32,000 bases of DNA, from assembly GCF_001735745.1 (NCBI RefSeq), contig NZ_CP017260.1:2640001-2672000 (forward strand), read 5' to 3'. Source of the DNA: Formosa sp. Hel1_33_131 (lineage in GTDB: Bacteria > Bacteroidota > Bacteroidia > Flavobacteriales > Flavobacteriaceae). The translations under genes were made by a program, and so were the position numbers. Below the pieces are notes generated by a model. The model saw only the letters and a program-made list of their open reading frames with translations, did not search any database and was not told the origin of the DNA. Positions 19,427 through 27,969 of this stretch are shown here, piece by piece (the stretch's first letter is position 1; every line of letters begins with the position of its first letter).

Positions 19427-22400
19427 ATGAAAAAAACAGCCCTCCTTGCCATTGTATTCTTCCTATACATCCAGCCTGCAGTTTCGCAAGAATTGCCAAC
19501 AATAATTCCGCCATCGCCGACAGCTTTTCAAATGACACGTTACGGAGATGTTGCTGTTAATGAGTCAACAGGAAAAATCAGTCCTAGTATCCCTCTTTAC
19601 ACGTACAGAGCAGGGCGTTTAAATTTGCCAATTGGCTTATCCTACCAGGGTAATGGAGTAAAAGTAGATCAGTCGGCAAGTTGGACCGGTATTAACTGGA
19701 ACTTAAATGCAGGAGGTGTTATTGCTAGAACCGTAAGAGATCAAGATGATTTTAATTCTCAAGGAGGAAGGCGATTTTATTCTGAACAAAATTTAAATGA
19801 AATGGATATTTATAACAACCCAGATAATATCGCATTATTATACAATTTTATTACAGCGAATACAGCAGATTCGGAAGTAGATATTTTTAGTTTTTCTTTT
19901 CCAGGATACTCTGGGAGTTTCTATTTTGATGAAGATTTTGAAGCTCATTTAACAAAAAATGATTCTCCACTTAAAATTGAAGTTGACGAGGGACCTCCAA
20001 TTGACAGTGACGGAATAACTCAACATTTAAAACGAGAAATTACAATAACAACTCCAGAAGGTATTAAATATTATTTTGGAGGCCTGCATGCTTCAGAAGC
20101 TTCAAAGACAGTATATCCTACCGCTGGTGGAGGTGCAACAAATTTTGTTCAAACAGCTTTTTATTTACATAAGATGCAGCACCCTTTGGGAGACGAAATA
20201 TATTTTGTTTATGAAACTTTCCCTTTTGAATACAGTAATTTAATTGCAGTTTCTGAAAGAATTTCTATGCTAGTAGAAACCTATACTTCTTGCCTTAAAC
20301 CAGATGAGACCTTACCAGATCTTGGTGCGATTGATAAGTTAAGAAACTCTATTAAAGACGGCCAATTTCTGAAAAGAATTTATAGTAATAAAAACTCTTA
20401 TGAGGTTGTATTTAGCAACTCTACAGTTCCTATATCTAATACAGACGTTAGACCACATTATTTAAAAGTATTAAATAGCATGATCGCAAGAAATTCAATG
20501 AATCTTTCAGAAGAATTAGAAAAAATTGATTTTGAATATCTATATCCAAAAGGGGTTGAAAATTCCCAAAGATTTTTTCTTAAATCTGTAAATTTCAATA
20601 ATGGTACTTCTTATAAAATGGACTACAATTCTCCAGAAAGCTTACCTAAACGGTTTGATTATGACCAAGATCATTTAGGTTATTTTAATAACAAAGGAAA
20701 TTCTAGGTTTGCTCCCAAAACAGATAACAGTGCATTTACTTCTATTTATAATTCGTTGGCCGATAAAAGTCCAAAATTCAATTATTCTTCAAAAGGAGCA
20801 TTAATCAAACTAACATACCCTACAGGAGGATATTCCGAATTTGAGTATGAAAGTGGCTTTCTCAGTAATGAAACTGCTTCTGAAACAAAGTATGCGCACT
20901 TTATAACCTATAGAAATGACCCCACAAGAAACCCTAGTAATAAAAATCCTAATTTTGTTTATCTTGGGGTACTAGAGAATGATAGAGGAATAGGAGGCTC
21001 TGAAAATGGAACAGTAGACACAATAAAGGATCAGTTAATTGACGTAAGATTACATAATGTAAAAAGTATACAACACCTAGATATGCATGTAATATTCCGA
21101 CTTACAGTGAAAGACTTTACGGATAATACGGAACAGATTCTTAACAAACAGCATCAGTATGGTTCAGAAATTCTAGATTGGGATCCGGTTTTAGGAAACG
21201 TTTTTACTTATGAAACTTTTATTTTTAAAGGAATCAGGTTTAAAAGAGGGCATAACTATAAAATTTCATTAGAAATAGTTGCTAATTCTGTTGAATCTAA
21301 TGGAACAATAAATGCTAATATTGATTTTAATTATGAAGTAGAAACAGAAGAACTTATAGAAGATTTAGGAATTCGTATAAAAAGTGTTACAGATTACCCC
21401 GCTAATAAAGCGGCTACCCGTAAGCACTACGAATATTTATCTGAAAGCACTGCAATTATCCCTAGATACGTATACAGTACTTTAACTAAAATTTGTTGTG
21501 ATGAACCTTTAGGGGCCGTTATAGAGAAATCACTTGTGAACCTCACCTCTTCAAGTATTAGCTCTATATACACAAACAGTAACAACGAAAAAGTATATAG
21601 CAAAGTACTTACTTATATGTCAGATGTCAACTCTGAAAATCCTAAAAAAAATTATATTAATGGTTACATTGAAAAGGAATTTATTGTTAGATCAGATGCT
21701 TCGCCTTTCAATTTCTTAGGAGGAGTTACTGGTTCAAGTGCTATATTAGCTGTAGATACGGATTATTATAGATTGCCCAATAAAAGAGAAAATAAATCGG
21801 TAGTTAATGGGCTTTTAAAAAAGGAAAAAATATTCTCTAAAACTGGTGGTATACAGAATGAATATAGATTAATTAAAGAAACAGAATACGATTATACAAT
21901 TGATAGTAACTCTACTTTTATTACTAATAATGCTACCACTGAACTATTTACACGTTGTGAAATAGTAGGAAATGTAAGTGATTTAGGCACTACATATTTG
22001 GGGTTATATAACACATATTCTAATAAAGTACAGCTGAATTCAACAACTACCAAAGTTTTTGATTTTGGTAGTTCAACAATTTCAGGGTCAAATACATCTT
22101 CAGTTGATGCAGCGAAGGTTTTAGAGACTACAATTGAATATGAGTACGATCAATATGTTGGACTTCCAACAAAAGTAACAACCTTTTCTAGTGATACGGA
22201 TATTGCTACAGAAACACGCTACACATACCCAAGTATCTCTAACGATGTTGTGAGTCATATATCAAAACCATTATTCATTCGATCGTATATTACTAATAAT
22301 TTTGGTACTTCTTCAGAATTATTATCTACAGTACAAAATACATATAATAATAACTTCAATCACTATGGCCAGGATTTAAAACTGCCTTCTAAAGTAAAAG

Positions 22401-22903
22401 TTTTAAAAGGAGAGTTAACAGATGAGAGCTTTTTAGAGGACCGCATCCTCTACCACGACTACGACGCCTACGGCAACCCCTTAGAAGTCAGTAAAGCCGA
22501 TGGCACCCACATTGTTTACATCTGGGGTTACAACCAAACCCAGCCCATTGCCAAAATAGAAAACGCCACCTATGCACAGGTATCAAGTCGGGTTGCGAAC
22601 TTACAAACCCTCTCCAATGCAGATGACGATAGAACCGTTGACATCTTAAATTCAAATGGCACCATCACAAAAGTTGGTAAAGAAGGCGATTTAAGAGAAG
22701 CATTACGAAATTTAAGAATCAACTTCAAAAATTCCTTAGTCACCACCTACACCTACGACCCCTTAATAGGCGTCACCAGTGTCACCGACCCACGGGGAAA
22801 CACCGTTTATTATGAATACGACCCCTTCAACCGCCTGAAACACGTCAAAGACAAAGACGGCAATATTTTAAGTGAAAACGAATACAACTACAAAAACCAA
22901 TAA
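19427..22903 (+). CDS. large secreted protein: signal peptide, SpvB/TcB-N-like N-terminal region, C-terminal YD repeats (RHS partner protein)
   Basis: 1158 aa with the signal peptide MKKTALLAIVFFLYIQPAVS|QE. The N-terminal pattern PPSP...YGDV.V....G..S.SIPLY.....L.LPIGLSY...G.KV...ASW.G..W.L..GG resembles the start of SpvB/TcB-type proteins; this is a motif-level judgement only. The last roughly 150 aa carry YD repeats (YHDYDAYGNPL, YTYDPLIGVTSVTDPRGNTVYYEYDPFNRLKHVKDKDGNIL). The stop lies 4 nt before the RHS gene start. Confidence 0.85.
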   Translation: MKKTALLAIVFFLYIQPAVSQELPTIIPPSPTAFQMTRYGDVAVNESTGKISPSIPLYTYRAGRLNLPIGLSYQGNGVKVDQSASWTGINWNLNAGGVIARTVRDQDDFNSQGGRRFYSEQNLNEMDIYNNPDNIALLYNFITANTADSEVDIFSFSFPGYSGSFYFDEDFEAHLTKNDSPLKIEVDEGPPIDSDGITQHLKREITITTPEGIKYYFGGLHASEASKTVYPTAGGGATNFVQTAFYLHKMQHPLGDEIYFVYETFPFEYSNLIAVSERISMLVETYTSCLKPDETLPDLGAIDKLRNSIKDGQFLKRIYSNKNSYEVVFSNSTVPISNTDVRPHYLKVLNSMIARNSMNLSEELEKIDFEYLYPKGVENSQRFFLKSVNFNNGTSYKMDYNSPESLPKRFDYDQDHLGYFNNKGNSRFAPKTDNSAFTSIYNSLADKSPKFNYSSKGALIKLTYPTGGYSEFEYESGFLSNETASETKYAHFITYRNDPTRNPSNKNPNFVYLGVLENDRGIGGSENGTVDTIKDQLIDVRLHNVKSIQHLDMHVIFRLTVKDFTDNTEQILNKQHQYGSEILDWDPVLGNVFTYETFIFKGIRFKRGHNYKISLEIVANSVESNGTINANIDFNYEVETEELIEDLGIRIKSVTDYPANKAATRKHYEYLSESTAIIPRYVYSTLTKICCDEPLGAVIEKSLVNLTSSSISSIYTNSNNEKVYSKVLTYMSDVNSENPKKNYINGYIEKEFIVRSDASPFNFLGGVTGSSAILAVDTDYYRLPNKRENKSVVNGLLKKEKIFSKTGGIQNEYRLIKETEYDYTIDSNSTFITNNATTELFTRCEIVGNVSDLGTTYLGLYNTYSNKVQLNSTTTKVFDFGSSTISGSNTSSVDAAKVLETTIEYEYDQYVGLPTKVTTFSSDTDIATETRYTYPSISNDVVSHISKPLFIRSYITNNFGTSSELLSTVQNTYNNNFNHYGQDLKLPSKVKVLKGELTDESFLEDRILYHDYDAYGNPLEVSKADGTHIVYIWGYNQTQPIAKIENATYAQVSSRVANLQTLSNADDDRTVDILNSNGTITKVGKEGDLREALRNLRINFKNSLVTTYTYDPLIGVTSVTDPRGNTVYYEYDPFNRLKHVKDKDGNILSENEYNYKNQ

Positions 22904-22907
22904 CAGG

Positions 22908-25900
22908 ATGCGACACACCACCCCTCTCTACCTTATTCTATTGTGCTTTATCACAGGTACATTATATACAGCAGCTCAAGACAGAGCTATAAACATTGAA
23001 GACATTGGTAGTTCTGTGAGTATCTCAGGCCCCTCTAACGTTATGCTAAACGAAACTGTTAGTTACACAGCCACTACAGAATCTGGACAAATTTCTTCAG
23101 CAACTTGGAGTGTTGTAGGAGGAGACGTTTTAAGCAGTTCAGCAACAAGTGCTTCTATCAAATGGACCCATGTTGGACCTAAAATCATTAACTATACAGG
23201 AAGAACAACCACAAGAACAACATTAAGAGGCAACTACATTGTTAGAGTTAGTGCTCCTATTGCACCAGCTACGCCCTCACCACCAATTATAGCAAGTCAA
23301 AACTGTTCGTCAGCACTCCTCCAAAAATCTGGCACAGTCCCAAGTGGTGTGCAATGGTATTGGCAAGGAACCAATAGTCAGGGCAGTAGCACCTCTTTTG
23401 CTCAAAACACTTATACTGCAAATGCAACAGGCACTTACTACCTCCGTGCTCGAAATACTCAAGGTGTTTGGAGTACAAGAAGTAGTTCAGTATCTGTAAC
23501 TCTAGGAATGATTGGAGGTTCGCAATGGTATGCCGATACAGATGGTGATGGGTTTGGAGATCCAAACACAAGTCAATTAAGTTGTAACCAACCTTCTGGC
23601 TATGTCAGTAATAATACTGATCAATGTCCAGAATTAAGCGGAACCAATTCTGGATGTCCATCGACAAGTGTAAATGAAAATTATATATTAACAACCAATT
23701 ATCTATCAGAAACGTTGGATGGTGAGGTTTCTAATGGTGAAAAACAAGAAACCATCACCTACATTGACGGTTTGGGCCGTCCCAAACAACAAATAGGCAT
23801 CCGACAAAGCCCCACCGGCAAAGACATCATCACCCATATTGGCTATGACCCATTTGGCAGGCAAAACAAAAACTATTTGCCCTATGTACCAGAAGTTGCA
23901 GGAAGCGAAGGCACCTTCCGAATTGGCAACCAACAACAAGCCACCACCAATTTTTACAACACCCCCAAATACGAAAACACCCAAAACCCCTACAGTGAAA
24001 CCCATTTTGAAGCCTCGCCGCTCAACCGTGTTTTAGAACAAGGCGCCCCCGGCACCGACTGGGCAGTTGATAAAGACAGTGACACCGACCATACCATCAA
24101 ATTTGACTACCAAACCAATGCCCAAACAGACTTTGTACGCCTTTATAAAGTAAACTTTATAAACAACGACACCAAAGCCCCCCAGCTCCAAGACGCCGGC
24201 TTTTATGCCCCCAACGAGCTCTACAAAACCATTACTAAAGACGAAAATTGGAAACCAGGCACCAGCTACAACAATGACGGCAGCAACAACACCACCCAAG
24301 AATACAAAAACAAACAAGGGCAAGTTATTTTAAAACGCAGTTTCAACAACAAAAAATGGCACGACACCTACTACGTCTATGACGACTATGGAAACCTCAC
24401 TTTTGTGCTTCCCCCAAAACTAAACACCTACGCCTCCTTATGGCAGCAAGACAACCTAGGCTACAAATATTTTTCCAATGTATATTCGTTGTACCAACCC
24501 GGCTACCAAAGCTACTATAACTACTTGGGCTACTATTTTTCCACCCACAACAAACGCTTCCAACTTTACTTTGGAGATTATAACGGTCCCAGAGTTGCTT
24601 TAAAAGAAGGCATGGTCTTTGACTTAGGCTTGGAATTTGACATTCCCGACGGTCCCTTGCAAGGAGATATCCGTATTACCACCAGTCCCAACACCTACAA
24701 CTGGGAAACAGGACACTACACCGCTAAGATCATCAACGGACAACTGCACCTCCATGGTGATGGAACCGTCGCTTACAGAGTCTCTGCAAACCTATATATG
24801 CCGATGGAACGCGTGACCGTCTCCCACACCATCACCACCAGCGAACTCAACGACTTGGCCTACCAATACAAATACGACAAACGCAACCGCTTAATTGAAA
24901 AGAAAATCCCTGGTAAAGACTGGGAATACATCGTCTATGACAAACTCGACCGTCCCGTGATGACCCAAGACGCCAACTTGAGAGCCGCCAACAAATGGCT
25001 TTTTACTAAATACGACGTCTTTGGACGCGTCGCCTACACAGGCAGTAGAGACTTAAACTCCATGTACTACACCCGCAGTGTGATGCAATACTTTGCAGAT
25101 GGAAACGGGTACACCCAATACGAATCCAAAAGAAGACTACACACCCTTGGAGGCACTTCCATATACTACACCAGTACCGCCATGCCAACCGGAGTCACCA
25201 AAGTCTATACCATCAACTACTACGACACTTACGAAGATGTCCCAAGCGACTTGACCGTACCTACTGATGTCTTTGGACAAACCGTCACCGCCCAAACCAA
25301 AAGCCTGCCAACCGTTAGCAAAGTCCGCGTATTGGACACCAACCACTGGATTACCAATGTCACCTACTACGATGCCAAAGCACGCCCCATCTATCTGTAC
25401 AGTAAAAACCCCTATCTAGGAACCACCGACATTACCAAACTCCAACTTGACTTTACAGGCAAAACCCTGCAAACCCATACCACCCACAAAAAAACAGGAC
25501 AAGCCGATATTGTCACTGTAGAGCACTACGATTACGACCCTGCAGGTCGACTCTTGACCCAAAAACAAACCCTCAACGGACAAGCCCAAGAACTCATTTC
25601 TGAAAACCACTACGACGCACTAGGCCAACTGGAAAGCAAAGGCGTCGGAGGGAAAGCCACCGCCAGCAATCCCTTACAAACCATTGACTACGCCTACAAC
25701 ATACGTGGTTGGCTCAAACGCATCAACACTCCTGGCGCTTTGGGAGACGACCTCTTTGGATTTGAACTCAACTACAACACCCCACAAGGCCCCACAACCT
25801 CCACATGGTACAACCACCCCTTGTACAACGGAAACATTAGCCATGTGACCTGGCAAACCAACAACGTCTCCAGCGACCAACGGCATTACAACTACCGCTA

Positions 25901-27965
25901 CGACGCTTTGAACCGATTTACCCATGCCTACTATGCTGAAAACAGCCAGTACACACATAAATATAATGCGTATATTTACAACTACGACCGCAATGGGAAC
26001 ATTGGGAATTTGTACCGAAGTGGTCAAAATCCCAATAACCAGAACACAAGTTATTCAATGGACTATTTAAAATACACTTATGACGAAGGCAACCAACTGA
26101 CAGGCGTAAAGGACCACTATAACAATACCACTTCCAACAGCATGGGCGGATTTAAGGATGGAAACACCACCCCAGTAGACTATGCCTACGACACCAATGG
26201 GAACATGACCGTGGATAAAAACAAAAACATTACAAGCATCCAATACAACCATTTGAATTTGCCAACTAAAATAGTTTTCAATAATGACGACCCTGCGTTT
26301 TCTCGCACCCCAAAAGCCATCGAATACACCTATGATGCGACGGGAGTGAAGCTCTCTAAAAAGGTGAATGAAAACTTTAATATCACCAACACTCAATACG
26401 CTGGTAATTATATTTATGAAAACAGCACCCTTAAATTCTTTTCCCACCCCGAAGGCTATATAGAACCTTCAACCACTGGTTTTGACTATGTGTACCAATA
26501 CAAAGACCATTTAGGAAATGTACGTTTGTCGTATTCCGATATGAACAAAGATGGTGTAGTAGCCCCAGCAAATTGGACCACCGTTTTTAGTGACGATTTA
26601 GAAAACAGCACTGGTTGGGACAGTGAAGGCTCCACAAGTGGTTGGTCAGCACCAATAGACACCACTAAAGGCCATTTAGATAATTCGTCTGTAAAATTAC
26701 ACCGCACCGTTTCTGGAGGGTATTATGCCCATTCCAACGAATGGATTCCAATAAATGAATCAGAACCCAACACCTATAAGTTTTCAGGATGGGTCTATGT
26801 AGAAAGTAGTGGGTACTCTTGGGTAATGTTGTCCTTTTTTATGAATGAAGATACAGAAACGAATTATTATACAGAAGTTTCAGAGATCTCTCGTATTTTC
26901 ACGAAAAATCAATGGGTTTATTTGGAGCAGGAAGTTACAGTTCCTGTTAATATTGATAAAATTAATTTAAGAGTTGGGTTGTATAATGGGAGCCCGAGTG
27001 TGACCGCTTGGTTTGATGAGTTGCGTATCGAGCGAATCGGTGAAAGTGAGATTGTAGAGGAATCGAATTACTATCCATTCGGGCTTAAACATAAAGGGTA
27101 TAATAACGTGACATCTGCGAATGTAAATTCTGTAGCAAGCAAGTTTAAATTCAATGGTGTGGAGTTGGAAGAATCCTTAGGACTCGATTTATATGAAACT
27201 AATTTACGTCTATATGACCCTGCAATTGGTAGATGGAATGCAATTGACATTGTAGATCATTTTGAATATTCTCCTTACCAAGCGTTTGACAATAATCCTG
27301 TATTTTTTGCAGATCCAAGTGGTGCTGATTCAATATATAATTTTGAAACAGGTCAATATGTAATAGATGGGCAGGAGGTTTCCTTTGATGAAGCTGTTGC
27401 ATATGCTGAAAATGGAGGGAATAGTGATGGAAATAATAATAACAATTGTTGTAATGACCCCATACAATTTTTTAATTGGCTGGGTTCCCTTTTGGGATTA
27501 AACAACTATAATATAGGGGATGATATTGGATCAAAAATTAATGGAACGAAAAATCCGGCTAATAATACATTGGCACCAGTAGATTTTGGAGTCAAAAAAT
27601 GGATTGCAAATAATAAAGATGATCTATTATCTCTTGCTCAAATAATGCAAGATGTTGGAGATGGAGGAGCAGTTGTTGGCTATGCTCTTACAATATCAGT
27701 TATTGGAGCGGAAGTAGGTATACCTCTTGCAGCTTCAGGTAATATAGTTTCCACTATGGGATCAGGGTTAGAAATAACTGTACATCTAACCCAGAGAGAT
27801 TTAGAAAATGCGACAAATGAGGCTGGTTGGGTTGTAGCAGGAAAACTAATTGATGCAGGATTAAAGAAAATACCAGGGGGCTCTCAATTAGCGAACGAAA
27901 TAATACAACAAAATGGAGCAGTTAAAATGATATTAACCGAAAGAATTGTTGAATCTAAGAAGTGA
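22908..27965 (+). CDS. RHS/YD-repeat polymorphic toxin with signal peptide, RHS core and a variable C-terminal toxin tip
   Basis: ORF track starts at 22872. I prefer ATG at 22908 (MRHTTPLYLILLCFITGTLYTAAQD, a signal peptide), 4 nt after the upstream stop. There are many YD repeats (YVYDDYGNL, YQYKYDKRNRL, HYDYDPAGRL, YRYDALNRF, YAYDTNGNM, YTYDATGVKL). The core end reads DHLGNVRLSY...NYYPFGL...LRLYDPAIGRWNAID...SPYQAFDNNPVFFADPSG (DPSG at 27312-27323). An unrelated tip of about 210 aa follows. Confidence 0.93.
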   Translation: MRHTTPLYLILLCFITGTLYTAAQDRAINIEDIGSSVSISGPSNVMLNETVSYTATTESGQISSATWSVVGGDVLSSSATSASIKWTHVGPKIINYTGRTTTRTTLRGNYIVRVSAPIAPATPSPPIIASQNCSSALLQKSGTVPSGVQWYWQGTNSQGSSTSFAQNTYTANATGTYYLRARNTQGVWSTRSSSVSVTLGMIGGSQWYADTDGDGFGDPNTSQLSCNQPSGYVSNNTDQCPELSGTNSGCPSTSVNENYILTTNYLSETLDGEVSNGEKQETITYIDGLGRPKQQIGIRQSPTGKDIITHIGYDPFGRQNKNYLPYVPEVAGSEGTFRIGNQQQATTNFYNTPKYENTQNPYSETHFEASPLNRVLEQGAPGTDWAVDKDSDTDHTIKFDYQTNAQTDFVRLYKVNFINNDTKAPQLQDAGFYAPNELYKTITKDENWKPGTSYNNDGSNNTTQEYKNKQGQVILKRSFNNKKWHDTYYVYDDYGNLTFVLPPKLNTYASLWQQDNLGYKYFSNVYSLYQPGYQSYYNYLGYYFSTHNKRFQLYFGDYNGPRVALKEGMVFDLGLEFDIPDGPLQGDIRITTSPNTYNWETGHYTAKIINGQLHLHGDGTVAYRVSANLYMPMERVTVSHTITTSELNDLAYQYKYDKRNRLIEKKIPGKDWEYIVYDKLDRPVMTQDANLRAANKWLFTKYDVFGRVAYTGSRDLNSMYYTRSVMQYFADGNGYTQYESKRRLHTLGGTSIYYTSTAMPTGVTKVYTINYYDTYEDVPSDLTVPTDVFGQTVTAQTKSLPTVSKVRVLDTNHWITNVTYYDAKARPIYLYSKNPYLGTTDITKLQLDFTGKTLQTHTTHKKTGQADIVTVEHYDYDPAGRLLTQKQTLNGQAQELISENHYDALGQLESKGVGGKATASNPLQTIDYAYNIRGWLKRINTPGALGDDLFGFELNYNTPQGPTTSTWYNHPLYNGNISHVTWQTNNVSSDQRHYNYRYDALNRFTHAYYAENSQYTHKYNAYIYNYDRNGNIGNLYRSGQNPNNQNTSYSMDYLKYTYDEGNQLTGVKDHYNNTTSNSMGGFKDGNTTPVDYAYDTNGNMTVDKNKNITSIQYNHLNLPTKIVFNNDDPAFSRTPKAIEYTYDATGVKLSKKVNENFNITNTQYAGNYIYENSTLKFFSHPEGYIEPSTTGFDYVYQYKDHLGNVRLSYSDMNKDGVVAPANWTTVFSDDLENSTGWDSEGSTSGWSAPIDTTKGHLDNSSVKLHRTVSGGYYAHSNEWIPINESEPNTYKFSGWVYVESSGYSWVMLSFFMNEDTETNYYTEVSEISRIFTKNQWVYLEQEVTVPVNIDKINLRVGLYNGSPSVTAWFDELRIERIGESEIVEESNYYPFGLKHKGYNNVTSANVNSVASKFKFNGVELEESLGLDLYETNLRLYDPAIGRWNAIDIVDHFEYSPYQAFDNNPVFFADPSGADSIYNFETGQYVIDGQEVSFDEAVAYAENGGNSDGNNNNNCCNDPIQFFNWLGSLLGLNNYNIGDDIGSKINGTKNPANNTLAPVDFGVKKWIANNKDDLLSLAQIMQDVGDGGAVVGYALTISVIGAEVGIPLAASGNIVSTMGSGLEITVHLTQRDLENATNEAGWVVAGKLIDAGLKKIPGGSQLANEIIQQNGAVKMILTERIVESKK

Positions 27966-27969
27966 AAAT

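Noticed and set aside
22872-22907. The ORF-track start of the RHS gene at 22872 (MKTNTTTKTNNR…).
   Set aside because: It overlaps the last 32 nt of gene 1 and adds a low-complexity Thr/Asn peptide. The ATG at 22908 lies 4 nt after the upstream stop and yields a clean signal peptide.
23287-26707. About a dozen minus-strand ORFs of 60-126 aa inside the RHS gene (for example 23706-24005, 24033-24323, 25674-26027, 26067-26447).
   Set aside because: They are antisense shadows of the C-rich, stop-poor core. Their translations are low-complexity Gly/Val-rich strings, they lie wholly within a strongly supported 5-kb CDS, and none has an independent motif or start context.
19427-27965. T6SS (PAAR, VgrG, Hcp), T9SS C-terminal sorting domain, TcA-like or two-partner-secretion (TpsB) signatures associated with the RHS pair.
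   Set aside because: I searched the translations by eye and found none. Gene 1 ends in YD repeats and gene 2 in the toxin tip, and neither resembles a T9SS CTD. Absence from this window does not exclude such genes elsewhere in the genome.
27946-27969. The TTG start at 27946 for the small membrane protein, and likewise the ATG at 99 for the SixA-like gene.
   Set aside because: Both extensions overlap the preceding gene's 3' end. In each case an ATG just past the upstream stop (27970 and 129) gives a natural N-terminus.
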